The translations under genes were made by a program, and so were the position numbers. A model generated the notes under the pieces. It saw only the letters and a list, made by a program, of their open reading frames with translations, was not told the origin of the DNA and searched no databases. DNA of 64,000 nucleotides from the IMG/VR virus record IMGVR_UViG_3300020201_000010; one strand, written 5' to 3'. This DNA comes from a virus. The stretch's first letter is position 1. The number at the start of each line of letters is the position of its first letter. Below, piece by piece: positions 47,726 to 57,364 of the stretch.

Positions 47726-48054
47726 GTATCTCGCTGAAACCGGAAAGTAAATTCAGCCTAAGTTTGAATCAGTTAATTTTGGCGGTTATATTTATTATTA
47801 CTAGCACTTTTTCAGCCAGTCTTATTTACGCGAAAATCTCTCAATCTTCAAAAGAACAAGACGAGACACGAGAACAGGTTAAGAAGCTTACCGATGCCAC
47901 TGATAAAATATCGAATGTGTTGGAAATTATATCAAAGGATCAGAGTCAACAGAAGCAAGATATTATCTCAGTTAAAGAAGATGTTAATAAAATCAAGATC
48001 GAGTCGGTTCTAACAAATTCTTACATACAAGATTTGAAAGGACGCAAAAAATGA
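47722..48054 (+). CDS. Single-TM coiled-coil protein (lysis accessory-like), copy 1
   Basis: Hydrophobic residues about 16-37 then a heptad-rich tail; near-identical to 58011..58343. Confidence 0.7.
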   Translation: MSISLKPESKFSLSLNQLILAVIFIITSTFSASLIYAKISQSSKEQDETREQVKKLTDATDKISNVLEIISKDQSQQKQDIISVKEDVNKIKIESVLTNSYIQDLKGRKK

Positions 48055-48326
48055 TCGATTTTCTTGCTATGATTTTCTCTATAGAAACGCTGATGTTCGT
48101 ACTTACCATTCAAATTTTGGTTTATACTATTCGTGGCTCTCTAGAATTTTTATTTCCGAAACTAATAAATGATGTGCGGCTTAAAAAGTTTTGGAAATTA
48201 TTTGTCTTAAAGTCTTTGCCGAGCTTGATCGCTTTGACTTTTGGGTTTTTCGGGCAGATACAAATCGCCCAGAGCAACCTGTACGGCTACAGCTCAGTAT
48301 GTATTTTGTGTTCGCGAGCTGACTAA
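48051..48326 (+). CDS. Holin-like membrane protein, possibly 3'-truncated or chimeric
   Basis: Two hydrophobic segments; composition shifts at about 48250. Confidence 0.45.
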   Translation: MIDFLAMIFSIETLMFVLTIQILVYTIRGSLEFLFPKLINDVRLKKFWKLFVLKSLPSLIALTFGFFGQIQIAQSNLYGYSSVCILCSRAD

Positions 48327-48376
48327 TCAGGAAATGGTTGATACTCACAACTGGTTTGTGGCGAATCCATAATAGT

Positions 48377-48421
48377 TAAAATAATAACCTTAGTAAAATA
48401 ATAACCTTAGTAAAATAATAA
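48377..48421. repeat. Tandem repeat, 17 bp x2.6 (TAAAATAATAACCTTAG)
   Basis: Directly upstream of the tail spike gene. Confidence 0.9.
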
Positions 48422-48438
48422 TAAGAAGGTATATAAAT

Positions 48439-51400
48439 ATGGTACAACTTAGAGAAGATCAAATTAATGTTATTACAGTGTTAGGTGGAACAAGTGGATC
48501 AACACAGCCTAGTTCGCCTGGTGTTAATTCTATTTGGATTAATGATGATTCCCCATCATTACCTAAGTTTACTGATAGTGCAGGAACTGTTATTACACTT
48601 GGCAGCGGCACACAAGATGTTTATGATAACTTTGTCGATTTAAGAGCTGCAACTCCTATTAACGGAGAACTTGTAATTTTAAAATCTCATACAGTTGCTG
48701 GTCTTGGTGGAGGAACATTTAGAGGCGTGACTGGCGCAGCGCCAGGAACATATGTGGATAACAATGGTAACATTGCAGAGAATGGTACCGGAACTGCTGC
48801 TTGGTTAAGAGTTGATCCTCAGTTTTATCCAGAAGACTTTGGTGCAATTGGAAATAATACTGCAAATGATAGCGCTGCTTTTCAAGCTGTATTTAACTCT
48901 ACTGCTAGCGGCACTATTCAAGGACGTACTGGAGCCATATATAGACTTCAAAGCACTCTTAATCTTTCATATCGTATAAACACACAATTTCTTGGTAATA
49001 AATGTACTATTAATTTTGTGTTAGGAGCAGTTGGTGGTAATGCTATTGATATGAGTCGCACTAATCGAGTATCATTTTATGATTGCAATATCAACGCAGA
49101 CTCACTTTTTAACGGCACATTAGTTAATTGTACTGGCGACGATTTACTTGGACCTAGTTATTATGTACAATTTGAACGTTGCGTTTTCACAGGACCAACC
49201 ACATGTAAAGGTGTTGATTTTAATGGTGGATTATTATATGCTTTAGACGATTGTACGTTTATTGGTTTCACTGTTTGTATTGATATGAAGACTGTTAATT
49301 TTTCTAACGTTGGAAGGTTTACTAATGTTATAACACGAGGTTACTTAACATGTGGTTATCACAATCCTGGTGATGCTATTACATGGATTAATTGCACATT
49401 TGGTCCTAATAATCTTGATAAAGGCGGCAGAGCAGTACTTCAAGATGTAGGTCGTTCTGGCTTTGGTTGGGACTTTCAGGGATGTTGGGCTGGAGATGGA
49501 TCTGCAGACCTTGTTGCATTTGTTGAGCTACACGGGTTTGTTTATGGTTTAAATATGCATGGAAATACATTCTATGCAACTGGAGGATGTTCTGCACTAC
49601 TTAGTGATACAGGGTCAATTAACGGCGTATCCATTACTGGCAATTCATTTACAGGATCTTCCGGATTAGATATCAATATTGCTATTGGGTATGGCGTTGA
49701 TGTAGCAGCAAACAGTACTCCCGGTGGCATTTCAATAAGCGGGTCACAATCATCTATTCGTAATCAGTATGGTAGTGATGATTTTATTAATAATTTCGTC
49801 TGTTCCAACTTTGCAGCTGGTTTAAATGGTCTTGGTTATGGTGGTATTCGAATGCTTGGAGCACATGCAAGCTCAATTCCATTAGGTGGCCCAGCATACG
49901 TTATTCATGCTTTATCTGATGGAGTTCACGGTCAAGGGTCAATAGCTTTAGGTCCAAATACACTTCCTGTTGTGTGGGCCACAGCAAGAGTATCTCTTGA
50001 TGTTCTTAATGGTATTACCGGAGCAGCTGAGTTAGGCCTACAAGTACACAAAACAGGTATGAGTTGGCATCAGGCAGCACCATTTGTTCCTCAAAATGCT
50101 GCTATTGGAGCTGCCGATCTTGGCTCAACGTCAGCGCGTTGGAATAAAGCTTGGTTGGATGAGATGGATGTTGGTGGTGTTACATACCCAACAGCAGTAG
50201 GGAGTATAGGTCAGACTCTTACTCTAAATGCTCCAGGGTCACTATCTTTTACCAGTTCTGGTGGGTTACTAGTTAGTGGTCTTGTTGCTGATAATAATAG
50301 TTCGCCTATAGCAAATGCAAATGCGACAATTATGCAAACTTATGCGGCTCTTAATATGCCTTTAATGGTGCCAGATGGACTTTATTATATTAGTTCTGGT
50401 TTTGAATTAACCAGACCGCTCCGAGGAGCAGGTGAAGTACCAGGTAGTGGAACTCAATTCCGAGCAACTGCAGCTATGCCATGGTTATGCCGTGTTGTCA
50501 CATCTTCAGTCGTAATTGACGGAATATGTTTTCATGGTGATTTATTAGCTAATCATTGTATTGAAATATTTAATGGTGGATACGCAAATATTAAAAATGT
50601 AAGATGTTATTGGTCACGACTAGACGGGATTCATGCTCCAATTTCAGGTAATAATATTGGTGTTCTTTTTGAAAAAGTTGGAGCTATAAATTGTGGGCGG
50701 AGAGAGTCAACCGGTACTGCAACTGGTACATCGTCAATAGTAACATTTACAGGTTCACCAGACTTAACGACTCTTGGTATTCGGCTAGGTGTAGACTCTG
50801 TGACATTTGGATCTGAATTAACACAAGCAAGTGCCAATGGATTCGTGGCTTACGTGCATGAGATTTCAGCTGTAACAGCGACTACGCTTGAAGTATATCC
50901 CTCGCTTGAATATGCAATTTCAGGATCGACATTCAGTATCAATATGGGATCTGGTATGTGTTTCGAGGCACATGGAGATAACGGTTCTCATGTTCTTGTT
51001 GATTGCCTATTTCAAAATAGTGCTGATGCTGGCTTTAGAGAAATGGGTTTATTTGGCTCTCGCGAGTATGGTACGATTTACGAAAATAATAATGTTGGAC
51101 ATATTATAGGTGCGTTTGTTAACGTAGGATCTGATGTGCAATGGTCCAGGTCTGACTCTCCATATTTTGAAAATAATACTTATGGCGATTACATTGTTCA
51201 ACGCGGTGGGAAAAGTCAGCTCACATTAGGATTTATAGATGCTCCAGCAAATCTTAAAATTCGAGCTTATCCTGGAGCAGACTATCCAAACGTCACATCT
51301 CCTTTCCAAATTTTTTATACACCTATAGGCGTAACATCTACTTTGACACCAGAAAATAATTTTGGTAGAGTCACTAGATTTACTGCTGACCATAATATTA

Positions 51401-53964
51401 CAGTTCAATCGCACTCATTTAGAGCGTATTTGACTGGAGCAAATTATGAACTTTATGTTGAAACAGGAACGCTTACTGTAACAGCTTTTCCCGGAGTAAC
51501 TATTGCTAACTTAAGTGGTGGTACTTTTACACCTGGGACTAATATTACTTTAAGGTGTATTGGATCAAACGTATGGGAAATAGTTGGAAGTGTTCTAGAC
51601 GAATACCCTACTATGGCCGCTTCACGCCTAGTAGCTCCGGTGAATGGACGTCGAAGCATCACGAAGGGCTTCGCGTCCGCCGGCGATGGCGGCGGAGGCG
51701 AATGGATCGAATTCACCGGAGCAGCTCCGGGGACCTACGTTCACAACGGAGGAACCGTCATCGTGCCGATTGCAGGCAACGGCAGCGCGGCGAAGATTCG
51801 GCAGGGCTGGACCGAGGTGGACCCGCGCTGGTTTTTCGTAAGCAACGGAATCACTGACGTAACCGCCGCGCTCCAAGCGATGTTTGATGCGCTGCCAAAC
51901 AACACCACGTTTCGCTTCCCGCGAGGCGGGGAGTACGTGCACGGCACGATCAACCTGACCGGCCGCACGGGCCTTCGGCTGTTCGGCGATAAATCCACGT
52001 TCATTTTTGCTGGCACCACTGGCACCGTCGGGTTTGATTGCACGCGCACGCTCGACCAGGAATTCCACAACTTGCGCTTTATCGTCGGCGCTGGCGTGCC
52101 TTCGCAACTGCTGCATTTTGCTGGCGACGATATCCTCGGAATCTCTGGCGGGGTCCTGGTCAGTGATTGCAGGTTCGTGGCTCCGGCCGGCACTTCAAGC
52201 TCGATCAACTTCGCGGGCGTGGTGGGTGCGGAGGTTTCGAACTGCGCCATCAATGGCGGGATCGCGGGCATTCGAGGAAGCTCCCCGTTCTCGATCAACA
52301 TCCTGATTGACCGCCTGAACACCGTAAACCAGGTGCTCTCGGGAAACGTCAACCCAAACACGAACTGGTCGTTCCACGGGTGCATCGCCCAGCGCCGCGT
52401 TGACGGTCGCGCGGGTTTCATTCACCAGGACCCTGCGGTGCCTCAGAGCTGCGCCGGCCTGAGCATCGTCGCATGCTGGACTGGCGATGGATTCACTCAC
52501 GACCGAGCGTGGTACAACTTCGAGAGCCACGTGACCGGGCTGTCGATGCACGGCTGTTTTGCCTACACCTTCGGCAGCCCCATCCTCCACCTCACCGGTA
52601 GCGGCGAAGGTTGGGATATATCTGGCAACCACTTTTTTGGGCCAACGCTGCCCATGACCGTCGCCAACCTCGCCGCGGCCCGATTCGGCGCCAACTCCTG
52701 GGGTGGGGTGGCTGTCCCCGTGACGTTCGTCTCGGGCTGCAACTACAATGACCTAGGTCCGTTTTTCGGCGGACTCAGCACGAGTAACGATCTGCACATC
52801 AGCCCCGTAACGCTAGGCGCCAACGGCCAGGAGTACGGTGGAATTAAGATACACGGCGCTTGGCTTCCAAGCGCGCCTGTCCCATCCGGGGACGGCCCGG
52901 CTCTCATTGCGCATGCGCTGGACGTTACTGGGATCGGGCAAGGGTCGCTCATTTTCGCTCCCAACCGCGTGGGCGCGGTCCAGGCGACGGCTGCCATCGA
53001 ATTGATGGTCAAAAATAGCGGCGTGGTGGAGCGGGGACTGACCGTCCTCAACAACGACATGAGCTGGCATCGACCAGGAGCGTTCTTGCCAGCCGGAGCG
53101 GCCGTAGGAACAGCCAACATCGGAGCCAGTGGGGCCCGCTGGAACAAGGCGTTCCTCGATGAATTGCAGGTCGGCGGCGTTGACTACGGCCTAGCGAGCG
53201 TGCTCACCGCGAACCCCAGCGGTAGCGATGTTGGCATGATCAATCCCGGCGATATCGGGATGAACAACAAGGAGATCTACGACGTCAACACCATCACTCA
53301 GACGTCGGGTGGGATCGACCAATACTGCCCAGGGCCGCTCGTTCGACAGAACGTAACCGGCACCACGAGCCCCGTCTTTGATGCGGCGTGGTATGCGCAG
53401 ACAGCTGGATTTGCAGTCCAGGCGGGCTACCGGCAATGCGCCTACGAGGTGTCGGCACCGAGCGGGATGCGTGTGTTGTGGCCAACAGCTTCTCCTAGCC
53501 TACCTGGCGTCGGTGGAATAATGGCGGTGACGTCTGTGGCCGGATCGACCGTGACCATGGGCTGGCAGGACGACGTGCTCAACGCCAGAAGCGCGGATGG
53601 CAAAGTCACCGTGGAGCGCACGACACCCGGCGCAGCAACCGACTCGGCGTCGCTGGCCAACGCGGCCACTTTGCACCTCAGCTACACGACGGCCACGAAC
53701 CGAGACCATGCGTTGATTGCGGTTGTCAAAATGACCGTCGCCTCGGTGCGCTACGTCGTGCGGCTGGCAATCGACGCGGAGAACGTGGCGGGCACCGTCG
53801 CTGTTTTGGGCCAGCAAGTGCTCGGCTCTTTGCCCGTCGGCGTCACGCTCGCGGCCAACGTGAGCGGCACTGCTGTTCGCGCGGCACTGCTCAATAGTAC
53901 GGGCTCAGCCATTGGCCCCATCCGCATGCGCTGGAGTCGCGCGACAGTCGAGGACCCGTCGTGA
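48439..53964 (+). CDS. Large tail spike/fibre with repeated pectate-lyase-like beta-helix modules (putative depolymerase)
   Basis: FGAIGNNTANDSAAFQA and FVSNGITDVTAALQA module starts; internal duplication of GAAPGTY and QGS...MSWH...ARWNKA.LDE segments. Confidence 0.8.
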   Translation: MVQLREDQINVITVLGGTSGSTQPSSPGVNSIWINDDSPSLPKFTDSAGTVITLGSGTQDVYDNFVDLRAATPINGELVILKSHTVAGLGGGTFRGVTGAAPGTYVDNNGNIAENGTGTAAWLRVDPQFYPEDFGAIGNNTANDSAAFQAVFNSTASGTIQGRTGAIYRLQSTLNLSYRINTQFLGNKCTINFVLGAVGGNAIDMSRTNRVSFYDCNINADSLFNGTLVNCTGDDLLGPSYYVQFERCVFTGPTTCKGVDFNGGLLYALDDCTFIGFTVCIDMKTVNFSNVGRFTNVITRGYLTCGYHNPGDAITWINCTFGPNNLDKGGRAVLQDVGRSGFGWDFQGCWAGDGSADLVAFVELHGFVYGLNMHGNTFYATGGCSALLSDTGSINGVSITGNSFTGSSGLDINIAIGYGVDVAANSTPGGISISGSQSSIRNQYGSDDFINNFVCSNFAAGLNGLGYGGIRMLGAHASSIPLGGPAYVIHALSDGVHGQGSIALGPNTLPVVWATARVSLDVLNGITGAAELGLQVHKTGMSWHQAAPFVPQNAAIGAADLGSTSARWNKAWLDEMDVGGVTYPTAVGSIGQTLTLNAPGSLSFTSSGGLLVSGLVADNNSSPIANANATIMQTYAALNMPLMVPDGLYYISSGFELTRPLRGAGEVPGSGTQFRATAAMPWLCRVVTSSVVIDGICFHGDLLANHCIEIFNGGYANIKNVRCYWSRLDGIHAPISGNNIGVLFEKVGAINCGRRESTGTATGTSSIVTFTGSPDLTTLGIRLGVDSVTFGSELTQASANGFVAYVHEISAVTATTLEVYPSLEYAISGSTFSINMGSGMCFEAHGDNGSHVLVDCLFQNSADAGFREMGLFGSREYGTIYENNNVGHIIGAFVNVGSDVQWSRSDSPYFENNTYGDYIVQRGGKSQLTLGFIDAPANLKIRAYPGADYPNVTSPFQIFYTPIGVTSTLTPENNFGRVTRFTADHNITVQSHSFRAYLTGANYELYVETGTLTVTAFPGVTIANLSGGTFTPGTNITLRCIGSNVWEIVGSVLDEYPTMAASRLVAPVNGRRSITKGFASAGDGGGGEWIEFTGAAPGTYVHNGGTVIVPIAGNGSAAKIRQGWTEVDPRWFFVSNGITDVTAALQAMFDALPNNTTFRFPRGGEYVHGTINLTGRTGLRLFGDKSTFIFAGTTGTVGFDCTRTLDQEFHNLRFIVGAGVPSQLLHFAGDDILGISGGVLVSDCRFVAPAGTSSSINFAGVVGAEVSNCAINGGIAGIRGSSPFSINILIDRLNTVNQVLSGNVNPNTNWSFHGCIAQRRVDGRAGFIHQDPAVPQSCAGLSIVACWTGDGFTHDRAWYNFESHVTGLSMHGCFAYTFGSPILHLTGSGEGWDISGNHFFGPTLPMTVANLAAARFGANSWGGVAVPVTFVSGCNYNDLGPFFGGLSTSNDLHISPVTLGANGQEYGGIKIHGAWLPSAPVPSGDGPALIAHALDVTGIGQGSLIFAPNRVGAVQATAAIELMVKNSGVVERGLTVLNNDMSWHRPGAFLPAGAAVGTANIGASGARWNKAFLDELQVGGVDYGLASVLTANPSGSDVGMINPGDIGMNNKEIYDVNTITQTSGGIDQYCPGPLVRQNVTGTTSPVFDAAWYAQTAGFAVQAGYRQCAYEVSAPSGMRVLWPTASPSLPGVGGIMAVTSVAGSTVTMGWQDDVLNARSADGKVTVERTTPGAATDSASLANAATLHLSYTTATNRDHALIAVVKMTVASVRYVVRLAIDAENVAGTVAVLGQQVLGSLPVGVTLAANVSGTAVRAALLNSTGSAIGPIRMRWSRATVEDPS

Positions 53965-54920
53965 GCGTCTTAGACTACTATCGAGCGCAGGTGTTCAACC
54001 CGCTTTCGATCACGGGCGCCACGCCGTTTCTTTGGTGCGAAGTCGACCGAGGCACGACGTTCTCGGGCGACGGGATCGCGGCGGGCACCACCCCGCCCGT
54101 CGTGACGATTACGGGGGTCAACTCGCCAACGTTCCCGACGATCAAGGTTCGCATCCCCGCCGGCGGTGCACGCGGCACGGCCACCTACGAAACCAGCTAC
54201 GACGGCGTGCTTTGGAGCACGGCGGCCGCAACGCTCGCGTCTGTGGTGGTGGGACCGTTCACGATCAATTTCCCCGTCGGCACCTACGCAACGGACAACA
54301 CGTACGACGCGAATCCGCAGACGCTGGCCGACATGACAGCGCAGCTCAACCACCTGAGCGCGATTGCCGCGACGGGTCCGCTCATTGTGCCCAACGCGCT
54401 CGGCGGGCGCGCGGGATTCACCGCCGCTGCGGCGGGGTACTTCCGGCGCGCCGTGCTGACGGGCGCGCGCGTTGTGTCTGGGCCCATGACGATCATTGTG
54501 GTGGGCGTGAGTGACGTGACGCCAGCCGCAGCGATCCTCGCTGGCGGCGTCGATTTTATGAGAGATTTGCGTTGCGACGGGAGCGGCAATATTGCGCTAG
54601 TCGCGTCGGCGTCGGCCGCGCTATCGCCCACTGCGGCGCTCAGTGCCAGTAAGGCGTTCATGGCATCTGGCAACTGGGACGGGGCGAGTTCCGGGGGGCA
54701 GCTGCGGCAGCAGGGCCTGCCGCCAATAACTGGCACGTGCAATCCGGCGGAGCCCGCGCCGATCCTACTATCGTCGATGGGATTCGGCGCGAACGCGGCT
54801 GGCACATGGGCGTGCGTCGGCTATCAGATGTGCGCCGTCTTCGCTTGCGACGGCCTACTGTCCGCCGCAGAGCTGGCCTACCTCCGCGACGGCTTTGCAC
54901 ACCGCTACTCGATACTCTGA
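53961..54920 (+). CDS. Tail-associated beta-sandwich (LamG-like) protein, copy 2 (GC-rich)
   Basis: GTGA overlap with the spike; collinear with 46516..47496. Confidence 0.8.
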   Translation: MSVLDYYRAQVFNPLSITGATPFLWCEVDRGTTFSGDGIAAGTTPPVVTITGVNSPTFPTIKVRIPAGGARGTATYETSYDGVLWSTAAATLASVVVGPFTINFPVGTYATDNTYDANPQTLADMTAQLNHLSAIAATGPLIVPNALGGRAGFTAAAAGYFRRAVLTGARVVSGPMTIIVVGVSDVTPAAAILAGGVDFMRDLRCDGSGNIALVASASAALSPTAALSASKAFMASGNWDGASSGGQLRQQGLPPITGTCNPAEPAPILLSSMGFGANAAGTWACVGYQMCAVFACDGLLSAAELAYLRDGFAHRYSIL

Positions 54921-54939
54921 CACCACGAGGTAACCGCAA

Positions 54940-55161
54940 ATGACCGAAAGGAACGAAATGACCGAAATAACCGAAATAACCGAAATAACCGAAATGCAGC
55001 AAGAGCTAAAGGAAGCATCGAAAGCTGCGCGCGCTCGGGCCCGTGCCGATGCGCTGGAGGATGCCGAACTGATTGAGAGCATCCGTGAGCGAAAAGAGGC
55101 TGGTGTGTTCGAGCGGATACACCTTGCGCGTACCGCACTCGAAGGCGTGACGATCACGTGA
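54940..55161 (+). CDS. Small helical protein with a 9-bp repeat (TEI)n
   Basis: GAGG RBS; ACCGAAATA x3 plus variants at about 54943-54996. Confidence 0.55.
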   Translation: MTERNEMTEITEITEITEMQQELKEASKAARARARADALEDAELIESIRERKEAGVFERIHLARTALEGVTIT

Positions 55162-55326
55162 ACAAATTCATTTATTTCCGAGATTTTACCAGGTCTGTAG
55201 CCGTCTTGAACTACTTAAGTTACATTTCTAAGATTGCTTATCGTTGCTAACGCAACTAACGATCAGATTCAAGGAGTACATAATTGGTTTGTTTCTAAAT
55301 ACTAATCAATAAATTAAATAAAGGAA

Positions 55327-56031
55327 ATGATTATGTCTTTAAATTTTGAAATATTTAAAAATAAACTATCAGAAAGTCATAAGTTAAATATTAAATATAA
55401 AGATACATCTTTATTTATGAAAATATTTAGTTATTTATTATTTTTCAATAAAGATTTTATGACTAACTATGTTACAACAATAGGTTCAACAGTATATTTT
55501 CCTTCAAAACATTTTGTTGATAATAACCAAGCAGAATCTATCCAAACATTAGCTCATGAATTCATTCATGTTAATGATAATAAGAAATATTCCATATTTT
55601 ATAAACCAGCATATTTATTTCCACAATGTTTGGCATTATTATCATTGCTAACATTTTTTGCTTTTATGACAAGCTATGCTTTTTTGTTTTTATTATTTTT
55701 AATATTTTTATTACCGATACCATCATATACCAGAACGCATCTTGAGCTACGTGGTTATCAAATGACTTTATATATTCGTTATCTTTATTTAAAACATTTA
55801 AATATTGACGAAGATTCAATCAAGTTAAATTTAAATAAAAATATTGAAATAATATCAGAACGTTATTTCAAAGGATCAGCATATTATTTCATGTGGCCAA
55901 AAGGTGTAAAAGAAGAATTATCAGATTTTGCACATAAAATAATGTCAGGCAATGTTCCTGGTAGAAACAATATATATTTAATAATTACAGATGCTTTTAA
56001 TTTATGTAAATTAAAATCCAAGATACCATAA
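55327..56031 (+). CDS. Membrane protein with an HExxH zinc-peptidase-like motif
   Basis: LAHEFIH, downstream hydrophobic segment, ELRGY. Confidence 0.65.
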   Translation: MIMSLNFEIFKNKLSESHKLNIKYKDTSLFMKIFSYLLFFNKDFMTNYVTTIGSTVYFPSKHFVDNNQAESIQTLAHEFIHVNDNKKYSIFYKPAYLFPQCLALLSLLTFFAFMTSYAFLFLLFLIFLLPIPSYTRTHLELRGYQMTLYIRYLYLKHLNIDEDSIKLNLNKNIEIISERYFKGSAYYFMWPKGVKEELSDFAHKIMSGNVPGRNNIYLIITDAFNLCKLKSKIP

Positions 56032-56124
56032 AAACAACGTTGAACTTATAGCCGTCCCAACAAACCTATTTTGAAAATTTCTCAAGGTATATTACGGATT
56101 CAATAAGCTCAACGTTGACGTAAA

Positions 56125-56601
56125 TTATTCAGCTGTATAAATATAAGTATTCACACCTACTTTAACAAGATTTTCTACTAACAATGGTTCTATTTTTTTC
56201 ATATCTTTACCCATATGATTGATATGGGCATTAAGTTTATTTTGCGAACCGTATTTACTTAGTTCTGCAAGGCCTTTAGTAAGTGCAACGAAATCAATTT
56301 TACCTTTTTCATTTAAACAAAGAATTTGAGCAACGATCGTATCGCTTTGAACTTGAGTATAGATTACATTACCAAGTTTAAAATTTGTTTGACCACGATA
56401 CCAAGAACGATATTCTGATTTGGTTTTTTCCCAACGTTTGCTTAAGCCAACAGCAAAGGGGTTATCATCCCAATCACCGCTAATACCAACAATATTAATT
56501 ATCATTCTGTTATCGCCAGAGTTAGGAAACGCAGAATTACCTGTAACATTTTTGAGTGTTCCTAATAAAAATTTATTTTCAAATTTAACTTCTTTTGTCA
56601 T
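56125..56601 (-). CDS. Macro domain (Poa1p-like) protein
   Basis: G.WD...FAVGLSKRW...YRSWY...FKLGNV...QV...VAQI...IDF.AL..GL pattern. Confidence 0.7.
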   Translation of the reverse strand: MTKEVKFENKFLLGTLKNVTGNSAFPNSGDNRMIINIVGISGDWDDNPFAVGLSKRWEKTKSEYRSWYRGQTNFKLGNVIYTQVQSDTIVAQILCLNEKGKIDFVALTKGLAELSKYGSQNKLNAHINHMGKDMKKIEPLLVENLVKVGVNTYIYTAE

Positions 56602-56609
56602 TTTATTCC

Positions 56610-56840
56610 TTAACGTTTTGTTCTATAAACTATTCTACCGCGACTCAAATCATATGGACTCATTTCAATTTCTACTGAATCACCTTCAATAATTTTAATA
56701 GCATTCTTTCTAATTTTACCAGAGAGAGCACATACTATACTGGTATTTTGCTCACTTTCATCTGATCTAACTACAAATATTCCATTACCATTAGCTTTTG
56801 TTACAGTACCTTTTATTCTAATACAATCATCTGCTGGCAT
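56610..56840 (-). CDS. infA: Translation initiation factor IF-1
   Basis: G.V...F.V...LSGKIRKNAIKIIEGDSVEIEMSPYDLSRGRIVYR. Confidence 0.95.
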   Translation of the reverse strand: MPADDCIRIKGTVTKANGNGIFVVRSDESEQNTSIVCALSGKIRKNAIKIIEGDSVEIEMSPYDLSRGRIVYRTKR

Positions 56841-57364
56841 TAAATAGTTCCTTTATTAATTATTTTAATTATTTTTTCGTTTTGTGTTGGTAGTTCTGCT
56901 GTTATTATTTGAAAACTATTTGGTTCAGTGTTTTGTTTATTATAAGTATTAATTACAAATTTTAATAATGAAAAATTTGAATTTAATGGATATGTATATT
57001 TATAATGATTATTTTGTAATTTATAATATCTTAAATTAACTTTACCGCATGATTTTTCAAACAGATACAGATTAGTTTCGTCATTGTGCATAGCTATTAT
57101 AGCAAAATCGCTCTTATCGACAATTTGTTTTACATTTATTTTATAATAAAGATCGGATACATTCTTATCTTCACCTTGTATAATTTTAATTTTTTTATTT
57201 TTAAGAATTAATTTATTACCAGCAGCATCATTCCAATATTCCCAACCATTAGGCACCAATCCACAATAGTTAATTAAACTTTTTATTAATTGGTAGTTTT
57301 CTTTATCTTCAAATACTGCTTCAAAATTAATATATGCTTTTTGATCATTACTCAAATATGTCAT
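56840..57364 (-). CDS. Hypothetical protein
   Basis: ORF track. Confidence 0.7.
   Translation of the reverse strand: MTYLSNDQKAYINFEAVFEDKENYQLIKSLINYCGLVPNGWEYWNDAAGNKLILKNKKIKIIQGEDKNVSDLYYKINVKQIVDKSDFAIIAMHNDETNLYLFEKSCGKVNLRYYKLQNNHYKYTYPLNSNFSLLKFVINTYNKQNTEPNSFQIITAELPTQNEKIIKIINKGTI

Larger units (their letters stand above)
51610..55161. mobile_element. GC-rich horizontally acquired segment (no recombinase in view)
   Basis: Hand counts: 20/60 G+C at 51541-51600 vs 40/60 at 51661-51720 and 38/60 at 54001-54060; returns to AT-rich after 55161. Confidence 0.8.

Noticed and set aside
51226-55157. Many overlapping alternative-frame ORFs in the GC-rich block
   Set aside because: These are shadow ORFs caused by stop-codon scarcity at high GC. 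The 48439 and 53961 frames have paralog support; the others have no recognisable content.
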